Part shown: piece by piece, positions 38,990 through 52,297 of the stretch | How the letters are laid out: every line of letters begins with the position of its first letter | How positions within the stretch are numbered: position 1 is the stretch's first letter | Assembly: GCF_963921235.1 (NCBI RefSeq) | Contig: NC_086097.1 | Location: 190,838,001 to 190,902,000 of the forward strand | Length of the DNA: 64,000 bases | From: Mobula hypostoma | Taxonomy: Eukaryota | Direction: 5' to 3' | Notes under the pieces: generated by a model | Database searches by the model: none | Told to the model about the DNA's origin: nothing | Seen by the model: the letters and a program-made list of their open reading frames with translations, nothing else | Made by a program: the position numbers and the translations under genes

Positions 38990-39382
38990 TAAGGGGCATT
39001 TGTGGAGTGAAGAAGAATGAGAGATGACTTGATAGATGTGTACAAGATGATAAGAGGCATAGATAGAATGGAAAGCTGAGAGGTTTTCCCAGGCCTAAAA
39101 CAACTAATACAGGAGGGCATAAATTTTAAAGTGATTGTAGGAAAGTAGAGGAGGGATGTCAGAAATTGGTGGGTGTGTGGAACATGCTGCAGGGTAGTGG
39201 TAGAGGCAGATACTGTACATTGGGGACACTTAAGAGACTCTAAGACAGGCACATGGATGAAAGAAAAATGGAGGATTCTGTGGAAGGACGGATTAGACTG
39301 ACTTTCGAGTAGGTAAAAGGGCTGGAACAACATAATTGGCCAAAGGGCCTGTATTATGCTTTACTGTACCATTCTATGTTTG
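38990..39382 (+). mobile_element. CR1 3' fragment
   Basis: Homologous to 5390-5766. Confidence 0.85.
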
Positions 39383-40897
39383 TTCAGACAGGTTTTGCCC
39401 AGGAAAATCTGATGGTTTTCTTTGTTAGTCAAGTAGAAAGTTGGAACTATAACAGGGTGCTGTTAACCAGCTGAGACACAGGAAAGCAGCCCTGGTTGAT
39501 TCTATCTCCATTTGTTGTAATGAAGTTTCTGGTATCTATTCTGTCTCTCTGCCTGATAACATTGTGGGGTTCAGCCGCCCTCTGAATGAAAACTAATGGG
39601 CACCAACACACGAGCTATCTTGATGTGTCAGAATCCGAAAATATTGCAATATCATGCCTCTATTCCTACATTTCAAAGCTCTGTAAATATCTTGCTGTAA
39701 ATCTCATGCTAGATTTATTTGTTTGAGTATGATGAGAAGTGATGAGCCTTTTAAAATACAGTTAACGTTCCCCTTTACATTGGCCTCTTAATATGTGCTA
39801 CCTCAGTCAGCAGAAGTGTAGTAGGCAATTGTTTTCATACATCTTCATCAGTTATACAAAGTTAATAGAATTTTCTGATTACTAACACAGTTTGTGTGTG
39901 AAAACAACAGGAGAACCGGAGTCGGCAGGTGTGTGGGACATTTCTAATCAGAACTGCTATTGCTGTTTCATCATTGGAGAGGTAATAAATGCTCTACAAA
40001 TGCTTAGCCTGGTGCTCATTTGTCATGGTGGCCTCTAATAAAAATAATGATATTGCATTGCAGGTCTAGTGCAATAGCAGAAGGAATACACCATGCTGAC
40101 CTAATGGTTATACTTTACATTTTACCATTGTTTAAATCACATCAATAACATATGGTTAACAAAACTATATTAACACAATTGTAGCCTATAAATCTTTTTA
40201 CAGCCTTTCAGTAAATTGTGTTTCAACCTAATGTTGTTTACAAAAGACCCAGAATAGTTGAGTTCTTCAACAGTGAGGTGTAATGAACAGCATTGTTGAA
40301 CTTCTTTGTGTGACACTATGCTGAGTTAGTTTGGTATGGTGTATTTCCTACAACTACTGTAACTATTTTCATCTGCCTGCTTTTAGCCTTGCGGGCATGA
40401 TCTCTGCATCCAGCTCTTAAAGAGTCATTCAGAAATACAAAGAGCACTCTACCAGTTGCTGCTTAATGAATGGCTGAAGCAAGAAGTGTTGTGTTCCCAG
40501 AGGTCCACAGAGACCTGGTCAAGCTGATGTTCTTCAGTGAACTTTACATTTGAAGTTATTTTAATGTGTATTTTACACACAGCATTAGGGTGACCTTTAT
40601 CAATTCTATAATGATCTTGAAATGACATGGAACAAGCTCTAGGCCAAAATGATAGTATTGTTGAAATAATAGCAAAACATTTTTCTGAATATAGTCTAAA
40701 CTCAAGTTTTAATATGAATATGCCATCTCAAACATATCAATCTGATGGGGTTTTTTTTTGTCTCATTTGAGTGATTCATTGGCGAACATTTACAATGTTG
40801 AATAGCTAAATTGAAAATTGACATTGACTTCCCTTGGAGTCCAAATGAAAAGTAAAATATGTGGGATGAAAAATTAAATATCAGAATAAATGAAAGT

Positions 40898-41535
40898 TGA
40901 ACATAGAACAGTAAAGTACAGGAACAGATCCTTTGGCCCATAATACCTTTTGATCATGATGTCAATTTAAATAGCTCATTTGCCTGCCCTCTATTCTTTG
41001 CCTTTTCATGTCCCTGTCTAAACGACTCATAAAACATGGTATTGTATGTGTTTCAACCACCTTCCCTGGCAAGAACCTACCATTTTCTGTGTAAAATTTG
41101 TCTTGTAAATCTCTTTTAAACTCCCCCTCTCTCAACTCAAAGTTGCTTCCTCAAGTATTTGACATTTTCAACCTAGGGGAAAAAAGATCTATCTATTATA
41201 CCTGTCTCTCTATCTACCTATCATATTTATGTCATAATTTTATGTACTTCTATCAGGTCACCCCTCAGCTCCAGAGAAAACAATCCAAGTTTATTCACCC
41301 TCTCCTTATGTCTCCTTATAGCTAATGCTCTCATTTGCCATGCAATATCCCAGAGAATCTTTGCTGTACTCAGTCCAAAGTCTCCACATCCTTTTTGCAA
41401 TGTGGGACCATAACATTACATCAAATGCGGCCTATCCAAAGTTATATACTGCTGCAATATTACTTCCCAATTTTTATACGCAACATCCTGAAAAGTAAAT
41501 GCAAGTCTGCAGTATGCCCTCTTTACTGTTCATGA
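40898..41535 (-). mobile_element. CR1 3' fragment, degenerate
   Basis: Reverse tail gaacatagaacag...caggaacag...ttggccca and ORF2 3'-end similarity. Confidence 0.7.
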
Positions 41536-42251
41536 TTACGGGGTGGGGGGGGGGGCGGTCTGCATTTTAGTGTGTACAACATCCAAAGCTCTTAGTTCAG
41601 AAATTAACAAAGTGAATAAAATATTGAATTTTATTGGAAAAAGAGAATAAGTTCTCCTCAAACTGTAAGGTTCACTCTTGCATATTCACCTTTTTGAAGA
41701 GATCTGAGCACGAAGATATGAGAGAAATACACAGTTCTATAATCAGTGCAGAGAAATTCCACCATGTTGACATCAGACAGACATCTGAACAATGAGAATG
41801 GAAGGAGACATTTTGAAATGTAAGTTTCATACCTGGTTAATTTTTGTTATAGTACTGTTGGCAAAATGGAGTAATACATTGAGATGCAATATACATGGAA
41901 ATTAGACAACCTTTATAAAGATCAGCTGTGGTGGTCCACATGCAACAATTGCTTGCCTAATATCAGCGTTCCCAAAGTCTTTTCATACGGCAATCACACC
42001 CGTGATAAATAAAAAGGCATGCAATTACCACCATGAAAACTTCCAATATTTACCAACACAATTAGAATGGGCAGACTACAATTAAAGGCCATTTTACCCA
42101 GCTGCTTTTCATACTCACATCTCTGTTACAGAAGTTTAACATGTATCACTGCATCTGTTTTCAAACCATTATTTGCATCAATAAATGGGATCATTGGACA
42201 TGTCCATTGATTCTTCCGGTGTCAGGAGTCATCAAGCAAAATATAAAATGG

Positions 42252-42436
42252 CTAATGTTGAAAATCTGAAATAAAAACAGAAAATGAAGGAAATGTTCAG
42301 CAGATTGGACAGCTGATAAAGAGAAACAGTTAAAGTTTCAGGTCAATGGCATTTCAACAGATCATAATGAAATATTAGCTCCATTTCTTTACCCAGAGAT
42401 GAATCTGGCCATTTTTTCCAGCATTTTCAGTTTCTA
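42252..42436. mobile_element. Head-to-head pair of degenerate Penelope termini (imperfect palindrome)
   Basis: Left arm is the reverse complement of the 16555-16655 type terminus; right arm is a forward copy. Confidence 0.6.
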
Positions 42437-44321
42437 ACTCTGGAATAAAATTCCTTAATATGAGCCATATTGAAAAAGTTAGTCTGGGAACAATTTTAAA
42501 CTAGTGAGCAATCAAGTTGAGGTCAGGTTGAAATAAAACCCTCCAAATATTGGAAGAATGGGAGGTGATCTCATCAAAACACAAAAATTCTTCAGGGGCG
42601 AGGTGCTACAATATTTCTCCCTGGATTGGGATGTCTAGAATCAAGATCAAGTTCTGCAGATCAGCAGGCAAATGGTTCAAGAAAATTAACTGTGTGGTCA
42701 ATTACTAAGTGTTCCTAGCCACCCTGCCAAATTTAATCAATGATCACAGCTGGAATTTTACCCCTGGAATTTTGACAATATTGAACTCCTAATATTTATT
42801 TTGGTCTCCATCAACTTAATATCCAAATATTGTTTTAGAAGTTAAAATATACAGCTTTAAAAATATGTTCCTCATGAAACTTTCCACATTTAACTTGCAG
42901 TACTGTTCCATTTCCACATAAGCCTCTTGCCACTTCTTTTCAACCAATCATCTCAACATATCCTTCTTGCTGTTTTCCTTCTAGTGTTTAACTAGGTTCC
43001 TCTGAAGTTCATCTCCTCTATTCATCTCAATTACTGTGTATGGCAGTAAATTCCACATGAAGACAGAATTGTGGATCATGGAGATTTTCCTCAATTCCCT
43101 TTTGTATTAATACAATATATGACTATCATATCTATCACCTATACTTCTTGGTTTCTCAGTATGCCTTCCCTATCAAAGGAATTAATTTAGAATAAAATAT
43201 ATTAAGAATCCCATCAGTCTTTTCTAGAGAAAGTGATTCAGCTTGTTCTTTTGTTTTGAAATATTGGTATCATACTTGTAAATCTATATTGCATTTTCTC
43301 CACTGTTACTAAATCATTTTAGTAATATGATGTAAAACTATGCACAATACTATCAGTACAAACTAATCAATTTTCTGAGCAACTTAATACAATTTTTGCT
43401 TATTTTAATCATCTTTTATACTGATTAGTATTATTTGTCATATTACAGTATTTTTATGGAGAACATTTCAATTAGATCTTCCTGCAAAAAATGTTATTAA
43501 AACAAAATTGCATGTTTGGTGATTCTTCTACACTTTTGCAACTTTATATTGGGACGTATAATATGTAATCTCTATGTCACCTGTATTTTTTCAACTGTAA
43601 TGAAACCACAGTGGCTGATGCATTTAATTTAATATCTGAAAAACATCACAAATATAACACCTTTATCCCACCAAGTAAACATAAAACATCACAGCTAATT
43701 TTCTTCTGAGATCTTTGTCTTAATAGTTTAATTCTACCCGAAGAATCATATAAAGAATGAGTTTTGAAGGTAAACAATTGATGCAGTTTTAGAATTAAAT
43801 CTCTTTTTTATATTTTACTTATAATCACTGACTATTTTGTTCACCAATGCTGAGTTTACAAAATATTTCTTGAATTCCGGAACAAACAAGCAATTCCTAC
43901 TGCAAAGACTGGGAACTGAAATATTAATACGTTTCCAAATCAGTTCCTTGAATATACAAAAATTTAAGAAGAAAAATTACTTTTAGCTATATATCAATCT
44001 CAAGTTAACCACAAATACCATTGAGTCATTGATAGTTTTCATTTATTTACTGTTAACAGAAATAAATTTTTGAATCAGCCCACAGGCCAGGAGTCAAATA
44101 ATAACCTTACATAAAATAACATAAATGGCTGTATATGCTTTGGAATCCTTAACCATGTTGTGTTTGTTCAGAATATGTGCTTTATTAGTGACAATGCCTG
44201 AGGTTGACCAAGCTGTTTCATCATTGTGTAAAAGCTGTTATAGTTTTTTTAATCTAAATAAGGCTATATTAAGCCTCCACATTGACTCTACCTTGGCTTC
44301 TAAATATTTGATAGGTGTTGA

Positions 44322-45400
44322 TTAGATTTTCCCCCTCATTCTTGTCAAATCCAGTGAGTACAGGCCTAGAACTAACAAACACTCCTCATACATTAACCTT
44401 TTTGTTCTCAGAATAATTCTCATGAACTGACTCTTGAAACTCTCCAATGCCACCATATCTTTTCGTAGATAAGAGGCCCAAAACTGCTCACAATACTCTA
44501 AATGCAGTCTGACCAATATCTTATAAAGCCTAAGCATTATATCCATAATATCCTATTCTAGTCCTCTCAAAATGAATGCTAACATTGCATTTGCTTTCCC
44601 TGCCATCAGCTCAACCTGCAAGTTAACCTTCAAGGAATCTTACATAAGAACTCCCAAGTTCTCCCTTTGTTTCTCTGATTTTTGAATTTCTCTCTCACTG
44701 TTTAGAAACTAGCCTATGCCTTTAATCCTTCTACCACTATACACTTCCCACCACTATATTCCATCTACCACTTCTTTGACCATTCTCCCAATCTGCCTAA
44801 GTCCTTCTGCAGACTCCTTGCTTCCTCAATACTACCTGCCCCTCCACCAATCTTTGTATCGTCTTCAAACTTGACCAGAAAGCTATCAATTCTGTCATCC
44901 AGATCACTGACATACAATGTGAAGGAAGTGGTCCCAACACCGACCCCAGTGGGACACCACCAGTCACCAGCAGCCAATCAGAAAAAGCCCCAATTATTCT
45001 CACTCTTCTCCTGCTGCCAATGTCAATCTTCTATCCATGCTAGTATTTTTCTTCTAATATTATGAGGTCTTATTTTGTTAAGCAGCCTCACATGTGCCCC
45101 TTGTCAACGTCCTTCTAAAAATTCAAGTAAACAACATCCACTGACTCTCCTTTGTCTATTTTCCCTGGTGTATCCTCAAAGGATTCCAATGGATTTATCA
45201 AGCAAGATTCCCCCTTACAGAAACCATGCTGACTTTGGCCTGTGCCTCTGAGGACTCTGAAACCTCATCCTTAATAATGGACTCCAACATCTTTCCAACT
45301 ACTGAAGTCAGGCTAACTGAATGTTAATTTCCTTTCTTCTACTCCCTTCCTTCTTAAAGAGTGGAATGATATTTGCACTTTTCTAGTCCTTTGGAATCTC
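44322..45400 (-). mobile_element. CR1 ORF2 RT fragment
   Basis: GVP.GSVLGP, KFEDDTKIGG, LYKILVRLHLEYCEQFW. Confidence 0.9.
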
Positions 45401-46437
45401 TCTGCAAGTATCAGAGAGGACTGATTGCAGTGTAGGAAGAGATTAAACAATTTCACACACTGTTGAATAAATTCTTCTTCAAATTCCTACCAACTTCACT
45501 ATCAGCCTCATCAGCTGCTCAATTCAGTGTGCACTCATTAGCTATCCACCAGAAATCTCTTTTCATCACTACACAACTGGCAGTTCATTCCAGAAGAAGG
45601 TCTTCCTTTCTCAAAGCACTAGCTAGTGCATATTGCACTCTGCAATGAAATTCAGTTCCTTTCGATTAGAACTTCAGACAATGCACAGTTGGTTGCATTT
45701 TGAAGTCTACGACTAAAAACAACAAACAAAAAAGACTTTTTAAAGTTTATATATTTTATAACACAGAGGTGGTATTGACTTGATGACTACTCTATGATTT
45801 CAGTGAATGTATCCACACATTTTCAAAATTCTGACAATTATTAAATCATAGCTGCTACGTTACACCCAGTAGCACACAATCCTCTTTCTTGCAGTAGAAG
45901 ATGGCTGACATAAGAAGGCTGGAGCAGCGAATTGAGGAGGACAAGTGTATGGTTATGTTTTAATTCAAGTGAAAAACACATGTGAAAGGCATCACTAATA
46001 CTATGTCCATAGGCAGAACTGGGAGAATAGAAATTAAACATATCTGCATACGTCCTTATCACTCTCCACTCCTACCTCTATTTCACCCCCACAATCTCCT
46101 CTCTCATTCTGTACATAGCTGACACTTGCATGTGCTGAAAAATCTGTCCAGGATGCTATCCAGAGCACTTAACATTCTAAGTGTGCTCCAAGTTTCACAT
46201 TAAGGAGATCAAAAAGCTGAAAATAATGGGCAGCATGAACTCCAATTATAGATTTATAATTTATAGTTTTGCAACATGCTTCTTCCCAGATTGTTGCAGA
46301 ATTGCCGGCCCAAGCTAGGGAAACAAAATTAGAAGATGTCCCCCTTTTCCACTTTGCTTCTTCCCCACTTCTTCCTATTTCTACATCCTCTTTCTTCCTC
46401 CCTTTTAGGAAACCACTCTTCCAAGGTTTTCCAATTA

Positions 46438-47450
46438 TATAAGACCACAAGACTATAAGACTGAAAGACCATAAGACATAGGAGCAGAATTAGGCCACTC
46501 AGCTCATCTACTTTGCTCTGCCATTCCATTATAGCTGACTTATTATTCCCTCTCAACCCCATTATCCTGCCTTCTTCCCATAACCTTTGATGCACTGACT
46601 GATCAAGAACCTATCAAACTCCACTTCAAGTATACACAATGATTTGTCTTCCACAGCTGTCTATGGCAATGAATCCCACAGATTCACTATCTTCTGGCTA
46701 AAGTAATTCCTTGTCGTCTCTGTTCTAAATGGATGGCCCTCTATTCCAAGGCTGTGCCCTCTGATTCTTGACTCACCCACTATAGGAAGCATCCTTTCCA
46801 CATTGACGTTACCTGGGTTTTTCAAAATTTGAAAGGTTTCAATGAGATCCCCCCCTCATTCATCTAAACTCCAGTGTGTACAAGGCCTGAGCCATCAAGC
46901 ATTCCTCATACATTAACCTTTTGTTTTATGGAATCAGTCAAGTGAACCTGCTCTAAACCTCAGCATCACATATTTGCTCTTATATTCTAGCCTTCTTGAA
47001 ATGAATGTCAACATTATATTTGTCTTCCTTACCATCGACTCAACCCGCAAGTTAACCTTTAGGGAATCCTGAACAAAGACTCCCAAGTGCATTTGCACAC
47101 TGATGGTTGAATTTTCTCCCCACTTAGAAAATAGTCTACACCTTTATTCTTTCTACCAAAGTGCATGACCAAGCACTTCCCTACACTATATTCCATCTGC
47201 CACCTCTTTGTCCATTCTCCCAATCTGTCGAAGTCTTTTTGCAGACTCCTTGTTTCCTCAACGTTACCTGCCCCTCCACCTATCTTTGTATCATCTGTGA
47301 ACTTGGCCACAAAACCATCAATTTTGCCATCCAAGTTGTAGATCTATAACAAGAAAAGAAATACTGAGCCCTGTGGAACACCACAAATCACCTGCAGTCA
47401 ATGCCCCCTTTATTGTCACTCTTTGCCTACTGCCAGACAGCCAATCTGGT
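46438..47450 (-). mobile_element. CR1 3' part
   Basis: KFTDDTKIGG...WQMEYSVGKC; reverse tail (taagacca)n. Confidence 0.9.
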
Positions 47451-47711
47451 ATCATGCTAGATTCATACTATTTCATGCTAGTATCTTTTCTGCATCTTCC
47501 CCTCCAGGTAAAATGCATTCCTGTGAATCACCAAAACATTGGATCATACAGTTATCACAGTTCTAGTCTGGATTAGCTCAGCCCCATTACCCACTCTTGC
47601 TCTCCAGCTCTGCAAATTATTTTCTTTCATCTGCTTCTATAGTTCCCTTTTGACAATTCTGATAGGCTATGTTTGCAATACCCTAGCAAATGACATTTAT
47701 TTAAAGAGCAG

Positions 47712-47915
47712 GGCAGAATAGGCCCTTCCAGCCTCGAGCCATGTGTCAATTTAATCCTAGCCTAATCACAGGATTATTTACGATGACCAATTAACCTATC
47801 AGCCGGTATATCTGTGGACTGTACGAGAAATTCAGAGCACCCGGAGGAAACCCACACGGTCACAGGGAGAATGTACAAACTCCTTACAGGCTTCTTACTG
47901 TAAAGCGTTGTACTA
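47712..47915 (-). mobile_element. V-domain tRNA-SINE
   Basis: gagcacccggaggaaacccacacggtcacagggagaatgtacaaactccttacag, then gcgttgtactaaccac. Confidence 0.8.
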
Positions 47916-48379
47916 ACCACCAGGTTATCATTCCACCCTAACCACTGAGTGAAAAATGCTCTTGTGTTCTTTGCAACACACATATATAAACTGCATATAT
48001 AAACAATGACCTTGAATGTATATCTTCTCAGGAGTTCTCTCAATCGTTTTTTGCTTCAAGCAGAATATTTTTGTTCTAACTTTGTACCTGGAATCCATCA
48101 TTACTGTACGCTTCCAAATATTAAAATTTCCTGCAACGGTTCTAGCATATTAACATCCTTCATCATCAAAATTAGAGGCATTACTGCAGCTGTGGTCTTA
48201 CAAGTTTAAAAAATGTTCTACATAACCTCCATATTGTAGAATACCAGTTAGCAGTTATACATATATGTATCAGACATATCTTGAGAAAAATAGTCAAACA
48301 TGTCAAAGAATAGTATCGAAGGATAAAAATGACAATAATTTTATCTTGCACCTACGTTCTGCTTGGTGGAAGGAGAGGT

Positions 48380-50880
48380 AAACAAGAAACAGCTTTTCCA
48401 ATTATTGTTAGTGACTTCAATCAGGCTTGCTTGAAGAAATGCTTGTTCAATTATTATCAACATATCACCTGTAGCAGAAGGGGTCCCAACATACTCCACC
48501 ATTCTTATTCCATCATTCCGACACTAGACTGCATTTTGGGATATCTGACCATTTGGCTGTCCTCCTACAACGAGCACACAGGCAGAGGCTAAAGAGAAAG
48601 GCTCCAGAAATAAGGACAGCAAAGACATGGTTGTGGGAGTCAGAGAAGAGACTACGGGATTGCTTCAAATTGGTGGGCTGGGGCGTGTTCAAAGACTCTT
48701 CTGAGAATCTGAATGAATACACCAGGTGGTCATGGATTTTATAAAAACAGTCATTGACTAGTGTGCCCCAACAAAACCATTCAGAGAATTCCCCACCCAG
48801 AAACCATGTCTGAAGCGACAGACCCATAATCCGTTAAGGGCGAATCAATGGCATTCAGGCCTGGTGACAAAGTAAAATACAAGAGCTCCAGAAAGCCATC
48901 CGATACACAAAATGGAAATTCTGGACAAAACTTGAATCACTGAAGGATGTTTGACAGCTGTGGCACGTCTTGAAGGCTATTACCTCCACCACAAGGTGAA
49001 AACAAGTGAAATAGGTGACAACAAGATTTTGATCCCAGATGAACTCAATGTCTTTTCTGCTCACTTTGACATTCATAATGTGGAAACATTTTCACAAACT
49101 CCCACAGTCCCCAACATCCTTACGATCTCAGTATCTGAGGCTGACGTGAAAACATTCTTCGGAACGGTGAACCCATGGAAAGCATCTGACCCAGATGGGA
49201 TACCTGGTCAAGTTCAGAAGACCTGTGCTGATTAACTGGCTGAGTGTTCACTGATATCTTTAACCTCTCACTTCAGCAGTCTGAGGTACCGAACTTCATC
49301 AAGCTGGCTTCAATTATACTGGTGCCTAAAAAGAACATGGTAACCTGCCTCAATATCTTTCATCCAGTAGCACTTACATCCACTATGATAAAGTGCTTTG
49401 AGTAATTGGTGATGAAACATATTAACTACTTCCTGAGGACCAACTTGGATACACTCCAATTTGCCTACTACCACAATAGGTCAACATTAGATACCTTTTC
49501 ATTGACTCTTTACTCAACCCTGGAACAACTGGACAGTGAAGATGCACACATTAGGATGCTCTTCATTGACTACAGCGTGGCATTCAATACTATCATCCCC
49601 TTAAAACAAATAAATAGGCTCCAATGCCTCGGCCAAAACACCTTTTTGATCAATTGGGTCTTTGATTTCCTCACTTGCCAACCTCAGTCAGTTCGGATTG
49701 GCAAAACCATCTCCTCCAAAGTCTCTATCAGCACAGATGCACCACAAAGCCATGTGCTTGATCTCCTGCTGTACTCACTTTATACTTTTGATTATGAGGC
49801 TAAGCACAGCTCCAATGCTGTATTTAAGTTAGCTAATGACATCCTTGTCATTGGCCGAATCAAAGGTGATGACAAATCAGCATATAGGTTGCCACAACAA
49901 CAACCTCTCTCTCAATGTCTTCCCATCTACCATTCAACTGAACCCGTGAACACTACCTCACTACTATGTTTTATTTCTCTTTTTGCACTTCTTATTTAAT
50001 TTAACTATTTTATATATCTATATCTATCTACCTATCTATACGTATACCAGAATCAGGTTTATCATCACCGGCATGTGTCGTGAAATTGGTTAACTTAGCA
50101 GTGGCAGTTCAATGCAAGACATAATATAGAAGAGAAAAAAATAATAATATGTATGTGAAGGATGTAAGAGATAAAGTCAATTCAATTCAAAAAAATCAGT
50201 TACAGTATATGTATATCGACCCTAAAACCCCCCTCCCCCCCACAGAAGAACAGGAAAACGCATCAAGAACATCAACCTCCAACACCCCACCATCCTCCCC
50301 AGACAAAAAAAAATGAGAAAGAATGGGCAAAAACACAGAATATAAAAACTGTAAGACTATAAACTCTTTAGTGTTATCATTTCAGAGTATGTAAGTACCA
50401 TTACAAAGAAAGCACAGCAGTGCCTCTACTTTCTTAGAAGTTTGCTAAGATTCAGCATGTCATCTAAAACTTTGACATCCTTCTATAGATGTGTAGTGGA
50501 GAGTATATCAACTGGTTATATCATGGAAATAGCAATGCCCTTGAATGGAAAAGCCTACAAAAAGCCTAGTCCGTCACTGTTATAGCCCTCCCCACCATTG
50601 TGCACATCTACACAGACAGCTGTTGCTGCAAAACAGCATCCAATATCACAGATCCCCACCATCCAGGCCATGGTCTCTTCTCACTGCTGCCATCAGGAAG
50701 GACATACAGGAACCTTGGGACCACCAGGTTCAAGAATAGTTATTATCGCACAATCATCAGATTTTTAACCAGAGGTGATAACTCCAATCATCTTCACTCA
50801 CCCTAATGCTGAACTGCATCCACAAACTATGGACTCATTTTCAAGGGCTCGTCATCTCATGTTTTTTACTTATTTATTTA
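48380..50880 (+). mobile_element. Rex1/Babar LINE pseudogene interrupted at about 49920-50360 by several short repeat tails; 3' UTR resumes at about 51980-52105
   Basis: SDFNQA.L (APE), [44 protein letters not shown]. Confidence 0.88.
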
Positions 50881-51979
50881 TCTTATACTACTAAAACTCT
50901 CATGCTCTGTCTGTCTGTTTGTGACCTCCAATTAGCGCAAATGATGCATTACAGCAGCACTTTTTTTGGCTAAATCAAAGTAAAATGCGCTAACGTACAG
51001 AATGCAGGCAAAGTTCAGAGTTATATATTAGTATAAAATTGCTCATTTGCCAAAAATCAACAGGTTGGCTTTCACCCGAGACCCAATCGGCTATCATGGA
51101 AATCAGGACGCGACAGCCCAACGTATGCACACGGCCAGCCTCAGCAGCGACACCTACCAGAGCAAAAGGGCAGGGCAGCTCTATTTTGAGGGGACATTCT
51201 GCTAATCACCATCAGCATGTGCAGGATTGGGACACATCTAACTGACACTCATCAATAAGAGATAATTAAATCTTATTGTAATGACATACTCCGAAACACC
51301 TATAAAACCCTCTGCTGCAGTCAAAGGGCATCAGTGACTATATCACATCCATTTAGGAGAGCGCCAGCCACTTCATCAAGAATAATCAGCATCCTTTGGT
51401 GTTACTGTTTCGTATCTTCTACCCAACATTATGGTAAAAAAAATGGTCAGCCTAATTATGCCATGTGGAAAGGGAAGGGGGACATTATGGTCAAGAGATG
51501 ATGCCCAACGTCGTCGGGAAGCGGCAAGGAGAGGGAGAGAACAAGAATCGGATGAGGCCAGGGCCGCATGACTCCAGGATCAAAGAGTCAGGACAAAAAA
51601 AGATGCAAGAAGAAAAGACAGAGGAGGAGAGGCATGCACATCTCCAGGATCAGAGACAAACAACAAACAGCAGAAGAGCTGAAGAAACGGGGGATGAAAG
51701 AGCTGCACATCTCCAGAATGACAACGGGAGGCACAAGGGTGGCAGATAAACCAGATAAACCAGAAATGATGCCATCAAAAATGTCCTTCGTTAAATGAGG
51801 AGCAGCTATATTTGCTTTGTTACACTACCTTTTTTTAATAAACTGAGATTTTCTACTTCAGTTTCCAAAGCAAAGTGATTACCAATAGCACTCAGGAAAA
51901 TTTAATGTTCATTCTGGTCACATCAGACTGCACTACCCTTCTCTCAAAGGGTGCCCCAGTGGGTCACCCTGTTGTCTTT
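50881..51979 (+). mobile_element. Non-autonomous Helitron (internal deletion derivative)
   Basis: A|TC 5' end (tcttatactactaaaa), subterminal GC hairpin 51948-51970, no TSD, inserted into a Rex 3' UTR, remnant of E/R-rich RepHel-type N-terminal repeats. The 3' CTRR is degenerate (CTTT). Confidence 0.7.
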
Positions 51980-52124
51980 ATTAATATAATTTTGCTTGTT
52001 TTTCTCATTGTCTCTTTGTGATTAGGGTGAATACCTTCAAGCAAATGAATCTCAGGGTTGCATAGATGTATATATGTACCTTAAAATTAAATTTACTTTG
52101 AACTTTTAAACTCTGAAGATGCCT

Positions 52125-52297
52125 CTTGATGGTGCCACACTATTGCAGCTGTTGGCGCAACTCCATTACAATTTGGAGTTCAGTCCCAGGATCCACTGTA
52201 AGGCGTTTATATGTCCTTTCCATGGATTTCATGTGTTTCCTCCAGGTGCTCTGGTTTCCTCCTACCATCCAAAAACATACTGGTTAGTAGACAAACT
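52125..52297 (+). mobile_element. V-domain tRNA-SINE, 3'-truncated by the adjacent LINE
   Basis: ggagttcagtccc B-box-like sequence; tttcctccaggtgctctggtttcctcctaccatccaaaaacata. Confidence 0.7.
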
